Below, piece after piece: positions 1 through 11,759 of a stretch of 64,000 bases of DNA. The stretch is from Mustelus asterias (Eukaryota), in the NCBI RefSeq assembly GCF_964213995.1, contig NC_135804.1:67766001-67830000 (forward strand), read 5' to 3'. The notes under the pieces were generated by a model, which did not search any database, had not been told where the DNA came from, and saw nothing but the letters and a program-made list of their open reading frames with translations. Position 1 is the stretch's first letter; each line of letters opens with the position of its first letter. A program made the position numbers and the translations under genes.

Positions 1-685
1 TTGCTTTCCTCTTTCTCAGCTGTCTCCCTAATTCCCTGTACTCCCTTTTCATGACCCCTTCTCCCTTCCTACCCACATCAGCGGTACCAATATGTACCGC
101 TACCTCAGGCTCCTCGCCCTCCCACCTCAGGATTTCCGGGACGCGACAAGCGACATCCTGGATCCCGGCCCCAGGGAGGCAGACCACCATGCGAGAATCC
201 CGCCTACCTCCGCAGAAACGCCTGTCTGTCCCCTTCACCATCGAGTCCCCGATTAATACCGCCTTCCTCCTCTTTTCCTTAGCCCTCTGAGTTACAGGGC
301 TGGACTCCACTGCGGAGACACGGCCACTGCTGCTTCCCCCAGGCGGGCTGTCCCCCCCAGCAGTACTCAAGCAGGAGTACTTGTTGTGCAGGGGCAAATC
401 CACTGGGGTGCTCTCAACCACCCTAGCCTTACCCTTCCTGGCCATCACCCACTTGGCCTCCTCCCGTTGCCCTGGTGTGACCACCTGATGATAGCTCTTG
501 TCTATCACCTCCTCATTCTCCCTCATCAGCCTAAGATCCTCGAGCTGCAGTTCCAGCTCCCTAACACGGTCCCTCAGGAACCGCAGCTCGACACACCCCT
601 CACAGATGTGGATGTCCGGGAGGCCAGATGCCTCCAGGACCTCCCACATCCTACACTGGGAACAACACACTGGTTTCACACTCAT
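1..685 (-). CDS. CR1 ORF1 protein (zinc finger/coiled coil + SGNH-esterase-like domain), open to the window edge
   Basis: ATG at 685 (-) reads MSVKPVCCSQCRMWEV...HICEGCVELRFLRDRVRELELQLEDLRL...AVLIGDSMVKGTDRRFCGGRRDSRMVVCLPGA...VAVHIGTADVGR with no stop before position 1. CxxC..CxxC, heptad leucines and the GDS motif fit CR1 ORF1. It is absent from the ORF track, presumably because there is no in-window stop. Confidence 0.85.
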   Translation of the reverse strand, partial: MSVKPVCCSQCRMWEVLEASGLPDIHICEGCVELRFLRDRVRELELQLEDLRLMRENEEVIDKSYHQVVTPGQREEAKWVMARKGKARVVESTPVDLPLHNKYSCLSTAGGDSPPGGSSSGRVSAVESSPVTQRAKEKRRKAVLIGDSMVKGTDRRFCGGRRDSRMVVCLPGAGIQDVACRVPEILRWEGEEPEVAVHIGTADVGRKGEGVMKREYRELGRQLRKRKA

Positions 686-1016
686 ACTGGACACTTTATG
701 TCAAGTAAGACAGTGAAAAGTTAATAAGAGTGTAAGGAAACAAAAACTCACCCCTGCTCGTCCAAGCCCTGTGAGCCAAAGCCCTGACAGCTCACTCAAC
801 TTCCCACTCACTCTGCTGCCCGCTACGATGCTGCCCGCTGTATACTTTGGTGCGCTTTTAAACCCTCCAAAAACTTCCCCAGGCCTCTCCTGGCCCGACT
901 TCCGGTTTTGAAAAAAACCTCCGATTTTAAACCCAAAATTAACTGAAAAAATAATTAATTAATTAAAGTCAGCAAACCCACTCTCTTACCCTCAGCCTGC
1001 TCCTGGGAACAAATCC
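1..1016 (-). mobile_element. CR1-clade LINE, 5' portion (5'UTR + ORF1); runs off the left edge of the window
   Basis: The minus strand carries a CR1-type ORF1 similar to the ORF1 at 60802-61341, preceded by ~330 bp of 5'UTR-like sequence. Confidence 0.85.
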
Positions 1017-1019
1017 CTG

Positions 1020-2040
1020 ATATTAACAACTGATATTAAACCCAAACAACTGAGATTAAACCCAAACAACTGAGATTAAACCCAGAACAACTGATATTAA
1101 ACCCAAACAACTGAGATTAAACCCAAAACAACTGAGATTAAACCTAAACAACTGATATTAAACCCAAACAACTGAGATTAAACCCAGAACAACTGATATT
1201 AAACCCAAACAACTGAGATTAAACCCAAACAACTGATATTAAACCTAAACAACTGAGATTAAACCCAAAACAACTGATATTAAACCCAAACAACTGTAAT
1301 TAAACCCAAACAACTGAGATTAAACCCAAACAACTGAGATTAAATCCAAACAACTGATATTAAACCCAAACAACTGTAATTAAACCCAAACAAATGAGAT
1401 TAAACCCAAACAACTGAGATTAAACCCAAACAACTGTAATTAAACCCAAACAACTGAGATTAAACCCAAACAACTGATATTAAACCCAAACAACTGAGAT
1501 TAAACCCAAAACAACTGATATTAAACCCAAACAACTGTAATTAAACCCAAACAACTGAGATTAAACCCAAACAACTGAGATTAAACCCAAACAACTGTAA
1601 TTAAACCCAAACAACTGAGATTAAACCCAAACAACTGATATTAAACCCAAACAACTGAGATTAAATCCAAACAACTGATATTAAACCCAAACAACTGTAA
1701 TTAAACCCAAACAACTGAGATTAAACACAAACAACTGATATTAAACCCAAACAACTGAGATTAAACCCAAACAACTGATATTAAACCCAAACAACTGAGA
1801 TTAAACCCAAACAACTGAGATTAAATCCAAACAACTGAGATTAAATCCACACAACTGAGATTAAATCCACAACAACTGGGATTAAACCCGAACAACTGAG
1901 ATTAAATCCAAACAACTGAGATTAAATCCAAACAACTGAGATTAAACCCACAACAACTGGGATTACACCCAAACAACTGAGATTAAACCCAAACAACTGA
2001 GATTAAATCCAAACAACTGAGATTAAACCCAGAACAACAA
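1020..2040. repeat. 20-bp tandem minisatellite, consensus TTAAACCCAAACAACTGAGA, about 50 copies
   Basis: Directly visible array with variants (GAGA/GATA/GTAA; CCC/TCC; occasional 21-mers). Confidence 0.97.
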
Positions 2041-2041
2041 T

Positions 2042-2915
2042 ACCATGCGGTACCTTGTCACAGGCCTTGCGAAAGTCCATGTAGACAACATCAATTGCAT
2101 TGCCCACATCTAACTTCTTGGTTCGCCATTCAAAAAACTCAATCATGTCATAGTGGACATGCCACATTTCGTTCACCTTCCGAGAATGTAGGGAGGATGT
2201 TGGGCTTTCTTATCTATAGCATCGGCGTGGAAGCACCAGGACAGGTTGCTGGTGATCTGGACATATAGAAACTTGAAGCTCTCGATCATTTCCACTTCAT
2301 CCGTGTTGATGGAGGCAGAGACATGTCTTCCTGAGGTAAATGATTATTTCCTTCACTTTGAGGAAGATTTTTTTGTCATCCCACGAATCTGTCAAATTCT
2401 CTATCTCTTTCCTGTATTCTGTCTCAGCATCGCTTGAGATCTAATCCATATGTGTGATCGCATTCTTTGTGCTGATGATACAATTCCTTTCTGATATTTT
2501 GATGAAATAAAGGTTTGAATATGTGATATTTATGAAATTCATAAACCTGTTCCTCTGTGCTCACTCATTTTCTGCAATTGCTTAATAAACAAAATTGTTT
2601 CGTGGGAGTTAGTCCGAGGTCACCAAATAAAATGTACCATTTACTGTGAGTACTGTTTTCGCCAGTGGAGATAGTAACGTAGGGACAAATGTTTCCAGCA
2701 GACGATTGGTCACGTTGAGACAACCAAACACACAAAAATTAATGCAGATGAAATCGAGAAGCTTATTGCCAATAATGAGCAATTGAACAAAAATGTGCTC
2801 AGTGTCGAGAAGCAACTTCCATGCACAAAAGATCAATTTGCCAGTGAAAAGCTGGAATTGATATGAACAATTTCAAATGTGTCGCATCAATGATAATCTG
2901 GATGAAATAAATGCA
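2042..2915 (+). repeat. Segmental duplication copy 1 (matches 63127-64000)
   Basis: Colinear match at offset 61,085 with about 10 substitutions. Identical 75-aa ORFs at 2609-2836 and 63694-63921. The block spans CR1/Rex1/unique junctions. Confidence 0.95.
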
Positions 2916-3265
2916 ACAACAATAAATCTTCCGTTAAAATTAGATTAACTGCAATATCAAAAAATTCCAGAATGTGTTGTGCAACAAAATATTTGAACAG
3001 GGAAAATGAATGGCCAGTGAAGCATAAGAGGTGCTTAAAAATCAAGACTGATGGACGGTTTGAACTTCGTCGTGAGACGGTTAAGAAGATTTTTGAACTT
3101 TGATGCAATCCTGAAATATACTTGAAGGATCGATGATCATGGATACTTATATACAGTTGCATGTTCGGCTGACACAGAGTGTGGAGCAGCCGGAATCCTA
3201 CCAATGGTTGAGTTTACAAGAGACCATTTGAAACAAACATATCAGTTTCATTTTCATGGCGGGTG

Positions 3266-4010
3266 TTTTACATCCTGTTGCACTGGTCAAGTAGCATAGC
3301 GGGGAGGGAAATTTAGCAGAAGACAAATTACTTGAAATGTGCGTGGTCTTCCACGATACGCCCAGGCCGTTTTGTCGAACGCAATCTGCATCGCACCCAA
3401 TGTGCCCGATGTGAATTAAAATGTTTGTGACATCGTTACCATATCATTCGTGAATTCAGCATGGCCGGTTCCTCTTCCTGTACCTCCTGCCACCCATCTC
3501 CCACCCCCACAGCGTGACGTAATGTCGGCATTATTTACACATGAGACAGAATTTTACGAAAAAAATTCTAAGTGCCAAGCTGGCGTGAAAATGGGAGAGT
3601 TTTATTTCCGTTTATTGGCCGAGGCCAAATCAATACCTTACAGACGTAGAGAAGTGGGCATCGTGGGCAACACGGTGGCATAGTGGTATGCACTGCTGCC
3701 TCACAGCGCCAGGGACCCGGGTTCATTTCCGATCTCGGGTTGTGTATGAGTGGAGGGTGCACATTCTCCCCGTGTCTGCGTGGTTTTCCTCCGGGTGCTC
3801 TGGTTTCCTTCCACAGTCCTAAGGTTTTACACCCTGTTGCACTGGTGAAGTAGCATAGTGGGGCGGGAAATGTTAGCAGAAGCCAAATAACGTGAAATGT
3901 GCCTAGTCTTCCACGATACGCCCAGGCCATTTTGTCGAGCGCAATCTGCATCGCACCCAGAGTGTGCCCGATGTCATTTAAATTTTTGTGACATCGTTAC
4001 AATGCCATTC
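3266..4010 (+). repeat. ~185-bp direct repeat pair (about 3266-3450 and 3826-4010)
   Basis: CCTGTTGCACTGGT...CTTCCACGATACGCCCAGGCC...GTGACATCGTTAC occurs twice. Confidence 0.9.
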
Positions 4011-4170
4011 ACCGGTTAGGTCGATTGGCCACGCTAAACTGACCCTAGTGTCAGGGCATTCGTAGAGTAAATACGTGGGGTCACGGGAATAGGGCCTGGA
4101 TGTGATTGTGGTCAGTGCAGACTCAATGGGCCGAATGGCCTCCTTCTGCCTGTAGGGATTTTATGGATTC
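3666..4170 (+). mobile_element. HE1/V-SINE-type tRNA-derived SINE, interrupted by the 185-bp duplicate
   Basis: GGGCAACACGGTGGCATAGTGGT...CACAGCGCCAGGGACCCGGGTTC head; the body resumes at ~4014 (GGTTAGGTCGATTGGCCACGCTAAA); tail ATGGGCCGAATGGCCTCCTTCTG. Confidence 0.8.
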
Positions 4171-4199
4171 TAAGAAGTTTTTAAAAAACTGCTAGGTCA

Positions 4200-6680
4200 T
4201 TTCTCGCCACGATGTGAAGTGGGCGGGACCTCGCCAGGAAGCCTGCAGTTCAGATCGGAGCCACAACATGCACAGGCGTCAAAACTGGACGAAACGGAGA
4301 GCTGGCCCGATTGCTGGGGACGTTGGCCCACGGAAAGGGACGGCAGAGCAGCCTGGGAGGCGGTGGCATTGGCTGTCAGTGCGAGGGCACTGACACAGAC
4401 AACCAGAAACTAGTACAGGAAGAAACTTAATTAGCTGCTCCATGCAACAAGGGTGAGTATGATCATAGAAACCCGACAGTACAGAAAGAGGCCATTCGGC
4501 CCATCGAGTCTGCACCGACCACAATCCCACCCAGGCCCGACCCCCATATCCATACATATTTTACCCACTAATCCCTCTAACCTATGCATCTCAGGACACT
4601 AAGGGGCAATTTTACCATGGCCAATCAACCTAACCCGCACAACTTTGGATTGTGGGAGGAAACCGGAGCACCCGGAGGAAACCCACGCAAACACGAGGAG
4701 AATGTGCAAACTCCACACTGACAGTGACCCAAGCCGGGAATCGAACCCAGGTCCCTGGAGCTGTGAAGCAGCAGTGCTAACTACTGTGCTACCGTGCCGC
4801 CCAGTGTTAAACCTGATGTAGCTTTTTCCCCTATGTTAACCCCAGATTCCCCAACCCCAAGCACCCGACATGATTCCAGTCCCTGATGCCCTTGCAACTC
4901 CCTCCGCCACCGAACACCAAACGGCTCACAGACCTTGCCCTCTGACACCCCTGACACCCTACAGACATCCTGACCTCAGACTCAACATGGATCCTCCTGT
5001 CCCCACAGGAGAAGAACGCCAATAACCATCGGGAGAAGACTAAGGCAGGGGTGTCTGCCCAAAATCTGGGTCCTCACCCAATTTGAGGAGTGGCCAGTGG
5101 AGCCGATGGGAGAGGAGTGCAGACCATCGCTGATAGCCAAAATGGGCTGGAGCACTGACATGAGCACTTGCCAATCTTCCACTCTTGGAGATATCTCAAG
5201 CAAGTTGCATGCAGCTCAGAATCCTGTCCCACTCCTGCACTCAACCATGTGTCCTGGGTTGCAGGAAAGTACCCAGCCCGGCACATCTGGCATCACCATC
5301 CGCCCCCCCCCCCCGCGCCCCCGCCCCCCCCCCCCCCCGACGCCCCACGCCCCTCCCCCACCCCCCACGCTTTGCTGCTCCCACCCATCCTCCCCACGAC
5401 AACTCGGAAGACAGCTGGGATGAAGGCGATGATGGGACCTCCTGTGTTGGCACAAGTCTCGTATCAGCTTCCACTTCGTATTCCCATCCCATCGACGATC
5501 ACACTGGTGTTTCAAGTTAATGGTAGGCATCTGGGTCACTCTCTGGGGGACAGCACACACCTGCTGACGTACATCGGATGGAGGAAGGAAATTCGGAGGC
5601 CGCTGGCACGTGGAACCCTGCCAGTGAGTGAGGACTCAGCTGACCCCAGGCAACATGTTGGGCCTCTGCGGACAGTTCTCCCTCAGCTGCTGGAGATGCA
5701 GCAGCAGAGACCAGGAATGTAGGAGGGGCTGACAGCAACACTGGGCCAACGACGAGGCTGCTGGGAGGAGTCCCAAATCTTTCAGGTCCAGCTGCTATTG
5801 CTGATCTCATGTGGTTCCCAGGTCCAAAATGAAAGTGGGGTGTCAGCGGTGGAAAGCCTGGGGTAGGAAATGATCACTTGAGTGGCAGGGTCCAAGCGAT
5901 GGCTATGTCACAGCTGTCCACAGACGATTCCCAGAGGGCCACAGCTGAGTCACAGCAGGCCACAGCTAAGTCGGAGTGGGCCATACCTGAGGGCCTCAAC
6001 AAGCTTATCGAGATTCTGCAGCTGGTGGCTGAGAGGCTCGAGAGCTTGCAGGAGACCAGTGGGACAGCGCCGAGCCACAGCGGGCTATGGCAGCAGCCCT
6101 TGGGAATGTGGCCCACTCTTAGTAGGTCATGACTGAGGGAGTGCAGAGTATGGTCCAGTTTCAGAGGGCAGGTGCTGCTACCCTTGTCGGGTGCCCTCAG
6201 ACTCAGAGCGCCATCGCTGACCACTGAGCAGGAGGCCGAACGCAGGTGGGCCTCCAGAACTGGCAGGGCCCGGTGATGGTGGAGCTTCTGCAGTTCAGTG
6301 CAGAAGCACCAGCATCCCATTGAGTGACCCAGGGGCCCACAGGAACCCCGAAGGAGGAGGAAGGTCTGGGGCCCGTGTCGGGGCATTGCACCCCAGAGAT
6401 GCAGCTGTGACTATAGCTTCTGACTCCCTCCTTCCTGACACCTTCCTGACTATCTCAGGGGCATTGTGATGAACAAGATGACATGGATACGTTTGTGACA
6501 TCTGAAAGCCAGACGGGGTCCTCAATGTTCAGGCCCTCCAGAGGACGATTGCCAAAGGGCATCACAGAGCAGAGCACAGGGCAAGGTAGGCAGCTGCCCT
6601 CCTCCTCCTCTGGCGTACATCCTGGGGAGACACCGAGACACAGTGCTAGACCATGTAGAGTTAAGAAGCTATAACGTCAC
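4200..6680 (+). mobile_element. PIF/Harbinger Myb/SANT-like gene relic (spliced, decayed)
   Basis: AAWEAVALAVSARALTQTTRN..RKKLN resembles the Harbinger Myb/SANT helices. It is followed by a GT donor, low-complexity and coiled-coil-like segments, and AATAAA near 6796. It lies convergent with a Harbinger transposase. Confidence 0.55.
4463..4802 (-). mobile_element. HE1/V-SINE-type SINE, full length
   Basis: Reverse complement starts GGGCGGCACGGTAGCACAGTAGTTAGCACTGCTGCTTCACAGCTCCAGGGACCTGGGTTCGATTCCCGG (A/B boxes), with the conserved central domain and a CR1-like tail. Confidence 0.9.
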
Positions 6681-6979
6681 CAAAATGGCATGGGTAAAGG
6701 ACCGCAACTGTGAAATTGAGGAATTAGGCACTGTAAAGTTTCACTTCCACTTATTATATATGAGCACTTAGTTTGAGGGCCCAGTTATTGACAGCAATAA
6801 ATGTTGCTGCCCCCACAGCTGTTTCTAAATTGTCTGTGATTAGCCTCCAATAGGGATGACCATACCCCGATCTTCACCAGAGGGACTATGCATGTTGATG
6901 TTCATGGAGGAGGGCCCTCAGTGCACCACATTTTGAAAATCAACGCATTCCAATCATCCACTGGCGACAGCATGTGGCA

Positions 6980-7233
6980 GAAAGAAGTCTCACAACACCA
7001 GGTTAAAGTCCAACAGGTTTATTTGGGAGCAAACACCACTAGCTTTCGGAGAGCTGCTCCTTCGTCAGGTGAGAGGGAGTTCTGTTCACAAACAGGGGAA
7101 ATAAAGACACAAACTCAATTTACAGAATAATGATTGTAATGCGAATCTTTACAGCTAATCAAGTCTTAAAGGTACAGACACTGTGAGTGGAGAGAGCATT
7201 AAGCACAGGTTAAAGAGATGTGCATTGTCTCCA
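6980..7233 (-). mobile_element. Penelope-like element terminal fragment with flanking direct repeat
   Basis: Flanked by GACAGCATGTGGCA at 6966-6979 and 7234-7247. Carries a hammerhead core followed by AATAAA, an arrangement typical of Penelope-like termini. Confidence 0.7.
7037..7071 (-). ncRNA. Minimal type I hammerhead ribozyme motif
   Basis: Minus strand CAC-CUGACGA-A-GGAG-CAGCU-CUCC-GAAA-GC-UA-GUG: CUGANGA and GAAA cores, stem II GGAG/CUCC, palindromic AGCU minimal stem III, stem I CAC/GUG. Confidence 0.7.
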
Positions 7234-7649
7234 GACAGCATGTGGCAAGCAGGGCACCGACTCACAACATCTCCAATGACGTCCCCAGAATCAAGGAGAC
7301 ATACTCCCATGCCACCCTTGCATGCCACAAGGTCCTGCATTGGTATTTATTCTCCCTTATCCCCACCCTGTTCTGGACCCAGGTGCGAGCGGGCATGCAG
7401 AGCTCAGATAAGAGTCACACCTGTTTGCACAATAGCAGCGTCACATAGTGTCACATAACGAGTCTTGATCACCCTCCTGTCTGCCACAGAAACATGCCAA
7501 CAGAGCTTATAGAGGCCCACCACTCTGGTGTAAATTTGGCGCAGGGTTGACTCGGGGTACACAACGGGGGGCAGGTGGAATCCAGCAGCAGCAACACAGG
7601 CCCCCTAGTTGGCGAAGCTCGTGTTGCTGAGGGCCTCCCTAGCTGCCCT

Positions 7650-8870
7650 TACATGCCAGATTCTTGCTGCTGCCAACCATCCAGCACCTGGGTGGTTGTG
7701 GTTGTGGTGGTGGTGGTCATCGTCACCTTCCACTTCCTCCACATCCTCCTGGGTAGCCTCCTCCCCACCTCCCCAGCATTGTCCATCTGGTTGTGCTTGA
7801 CATCCTCGTCCTCAAGGGAGTTTCCCCGTTCATGTGACAAGTTGTGCAGGGCACAGCAGACCACCAAAATATTGGACACTGTCAGGGATCTATACTTTCA
7901 GGGCATTGCCAGAGTAGATACCTGATCAGCATTTTCAGGAGCCCTGTGTGCTGCTCCATGATAGACGACATGGCAGCATGGCCGTTATTGCATTGGGTGT
8001 CCGCCTAGGTCTCAGACCTCCACACAGGCATCACCACCGAAGCCTGAATTGTGTCCCCCATGTCTCCCACCAGCCATCCCTGAACCCTGGGTTCCTCCCC
8101 AAAGCCCCTGGCATATCAGGGCTTCCCAAAGTGAAACTACTGTGCATGCTTTCAGGATGTCTGGCACACATGTGCATGACGCATAGCTCATGGTCGCACA
8201 CCAACTGCACATTGATGGATTTTCCTGTTAGTGAAGTGGGCTGAGTTCTTCTCAGGGACCTCATGGTGCTATGTAAGCACTCGAAAGCCCCCTGCACGTT
8301 CTATATCCCCACAATGGCAGCAAATCCTACAGCCTGGGCTTCTTGCTGATCCTGTCCCACACCAAATTTAATGTACTGGGCTGCCAGAAATACATGGCAT
8401 CTGTGACTTCGTGTACACATTTGTGGACAGAGGACTGGGAGATGCCACAAAATTTCCTGCTGGCTGTCTGGAAGGATGCGGTTGCATAGACATTTCGGTC
8501 TGCCATCACCTTTATAACCACCGGTAGTAGGTGCTCCCCTGTGCTCAGTGGTAACAAATCCTTCAGTAAATGTCACAGGTGGCACACTGTCCCTTCTGTT
8601 GGCAAAGATGTCACAGGATGCGACATCCGAGAGTTGTTAAAAAGGCACTCGCATCCTGAACTGCCAGGGTCTCAGTTCCGTTATTCTGTTGCCCTTCTCC
8701 TCCTGGACTGTCAGCCAACCTCCTGCCTCCGATGGGCATCTCCGTCTCCTGCAGCAGCCAGTGGCATTGGCTGGCCGTGTTATGCCTGCAGTTCATGCTA
8801 TTTTTCCTCCACTGCTCCAGCAACCACTAAAATGCGTGCAGCGTCTGTAAGTTGCATCTCTAATGAAATT
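7650..8870 (-). mobile_element. PIF/Harbinger DDE transposase (HARBI1-like) pseudogene
   Basis: Frameshifted motifs ATASFQTASRKFCGISQSSVHKCVHEVTDA, GFAAIVGI, SINVQLVCDHELCVMHMCARHPESMH and VVCCALHN, followed by an acidic tail. Confidence 0.8.
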
Positions 8871-8899
8871 AATAATCTGGTGGAGTGGTGCGGTGGCTT

Positions 8900-9685
8900 G
8901 TGGAAGGTCTAATACAGATAGGACATATACAGTAAATGGCAGAACCCTTAAGAGTATTGAAAGGCAGAGGGATCTGGGTATACAGGGACACAGGTCACTG
9001 AAAGTGGCAACACAGGTGGAGAAGGTAGTCAAGAAGGCATATGGCATGCTTGCCTTCACCGGCCAGTGCATTGAGACTTAAAATTGGCAAGTCATGTTGC
9101 AGCTTTACAGAACCCTAGTTAGGTTGCACTTGGAATATAGTGTTCAATTCTGGTCAGCACACTACCAGAAAGATGTGGAGACTTTGGAGTGGTACAGAAA
9201 AGATTTACCAGGGTGTATCCTGGTATGGAGGGCATTAGCTATGAGGAGAGATTGAAGAAGCGTGGTTTGTTGTCACTGGAACGACGGACGTTGAAGGGCG
9301 ACCTGATAGAAGTCTACAATTTTATGAGGGTCATGGACAGAGTGGATAGTCAGAAGCCTTTTCCCAGGGTGGAAGAATCAATTACTAGGGGGCATCGGTT
9401 TACGGTGCGAGGGGCAAGGTTTAAAGGAGATGTACCAGGCACGTTTTTTCCACAGAGGGTGATGGGTGCCTGGAACTCGTTGCCAGGGGAGGTAGTGGAA
9501 GCAGATACGACAGTGAGTTTTCAAGTGCGGCTGGACAAATTACATGAATAGGATGGTAATAAAGGGATATGGTCCATCGAAGGGTAGGAGGTTTTAGTTC
9601 ATTCGGTCAGCATGGTCGGTGCAGGTTTGGAGGGCCAACGGCCCTGTTCCTGTACTGTAATTTTCTTTGTTCTATGTTCCTTCTT
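8900..9685 (+). mobile_element. CR1 LINE 3' fragment inserted in the Harbinger relic
   Basis: RDLGIQGHRSLKVATQVEKVVKKAYGMLAF and YEERL..LLSLERR..GDLIEVY..TRGHRF; 3' tail TTCTTTGTTCT. Confidence 0.9.
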
Positions 9686-10479
9686 TAGGGGAACGGGAGA
9701 GAGCGATGGATATGCAATAGACCTCTGGCCTCCCAAAACAAGTCACACAAACCCTCCACTCACCACCCCAAATCACAGACCAGCCACACACATTCCACAC
9801 TGATCTTCAACACCCAAACAAGACGCACACAATCCCCACCGTCAACCCACCTCCGAGGCAAGCCACACGCACACACACACATAGAACCCCTGGAGTAGTG
9901 ACCCGAGTCATGACTGTTTTACAAGACCCGAGGATGCAGCGAAGCCCGTTAGGATGCTTTTCCCCATCTTCACATCAGCTTGCTTGCTGCCTCTAGTGCC
10001 AGGACCAAGTGTCAGCACTGTGATACGAGTTCAGCGCTAACATCTGAGTCAGCTGTGAGATCCTGCGGTCCGATCCCATAGCCAACAATACACATGCAGT
10101 ACCCTCCCCCCGCCACCCGAAAAGCAACGTGGCCGCCACTAATCAACCACCACTCTGCAACACGGAGCCCTGTGGACCTACTGCCTGACCGCACTTCGAT
10201 ACTGTTGCAAACTTTGTTCTAACAGGCTAAATGTTTTATTCCCCGATTGCAGTTGCCACGAATGAGGTCGTTAAGGCAAGTAAAACCGGTCAATGACATT
10301 CAGATGAATGCAAAATTTTTAAAAAATGACGTCTCACCCGTTTTGTGCGAGTTCCCGATTATGGTCACTTTTTCGCTGGAATGTTGGGAACGGCGCGAAA
10401 ACGGGCGCCATTCGCATTCGTTGAATCAGTCCCGATTTTACGAAATCAACTCGCAGAAACTCGGGCCGGATGAAATCGG

Positions 10480-11740
10480 TAATGCCGCGGTCTCTATGTC
10501 TGAGACAGGTGCAGCAGTAGCGAACCGTAGCGTGGAGGTAAGACTCATGGGCCACGCCCGCTTTCTCAACTCTCGTGATGTTACCTACAAAAGATTCTCG
10601 GCGTGATCAACCTCCCACCCATTTCCGGCAACTGGCTCAATATTTTTGTTAATTTTATTAAGATGCTGAATTCCATATGATTAGTGAGCCGGGAGAGGTT
10701 CTCTGCGGCAAGGAAAACACCTGCTGCCCATGAACGAGGAACACTGATGTTCCCCACGCCGGTATAAGCGGAGGCCATTGAGGTCCACCGGGAAGTCGAG
10801 GGCAAGTTCCAGCCTCTCAGTGTTAGCCTGGCACCTTGGCATTTCCCAGGGGCACGGGGAGGGGGGGGGGGCTGGAAGGGGGGGGGGGTGCTGCCACAGA
10901 CAGCCAGGTGGCATTGGCTGCCAGGCGTCTGGGCCGTCGCCAGTCTCGGATGCAATAATTGTCTCTCTCTGCTCTACAGCATCCAGCAGACTGGTTAGCT
11001 CGGCATCAGTAAGACATAGAACAGTCTTCCTTGGTGTCATCTTCGGGACGTGACTGCCTGTCTGTCCATCCTTGGCGCTCATATAGAGCTGTCCCTACTT
11101 AAAGTAGTTTTGACGAGCCATGCGCTCGTTCAGTCTATTTCAGCGATAATCATGTCAAGGCTGTTTGTTTTCAACAGGGGGGTGAGGCAAGAGCTACTCT
11201 GCAACGGAGCTGATGATGTTTACTCTGCAGAGGGGACGATCAGGTTGGGGGGCGGGGGGGGGGGGAATTATGGGATGAACTCTACATGGGACGATATCCG
11301 GCGAGTAGGTTGATTCTGATGGGGTGTACTCTGCAAGCAGGGCTGACCAGTGAGGGGGTGTAATACTGATGTGGTGAACTCTGCAATGGCCTATGTCCGG
11401 GGTGGCTGAGGCTGTCGATGTGGGACGCAGAAGTTGGGGGGTCGTCCCGCCATTCCCATGGTGGGGAGGCCATGTCCGTGGGGCATAGGGCGTGCTGGAT
11501 ACATAAACAGGAGATCTCCTGGTATGTTGGGAGATCATACACATTCGCACTGATGTCCTGTGCGGTGTTTCGCCGGCCTCTGTGGTGGGATTAGGCTGCG
11601 ACCATCCACTACTAGCATGAATCTCCTCGCGGCCTTTGTATTGCACGGAGCAGTAAATTATCAAAACTCAGATTGCTCAAAAAACCGACGAGGAAACCTG
11701 CCGTTTTCATTCCATTTCATTTAATAGTCATTGCAAAATT
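10480..11740 (-). mobile_element. Second Harbinger-type relic (Myb/SANT N-terminus and possible transposase fragment)
   Basis: 10681-11082 gives TPRKTVLCLTDAELTSLLDAVEQRETI, resembling a Harbinger Myb/SANT start; degenerate transposase-like sequence lies at ~11400-11600. Confidence 0.5.
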
Positions 11741-11759
11741 CTAACTGTATTAGAAAATT

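Noticed and set aside
1020-2040. CRISPR array or telomeric repeat
   Set aside because: Head-to-tail 20-mers without unique spacers and no TTAGGG units; the context is vertebrate.
2740-3140. Coiled-coil-like peptide (DEIEKLIANNEQLNKNVLSVEKQL) in the duplicated block
   Set aside because: Interrupted by several stops and not assignable to a family by eye; possibly an old transposon ORF.
4730-4802. tRNA gene
   Set aside because: The A/B boxes belong to the tRNA-derived head of a SINE; the same applies to the other SINE copies.
5097-5722. Proline/glycine-rich ORFs on both strands
   Set aside because: Produced by poly-C runs in a transposon relic; no domain signature.
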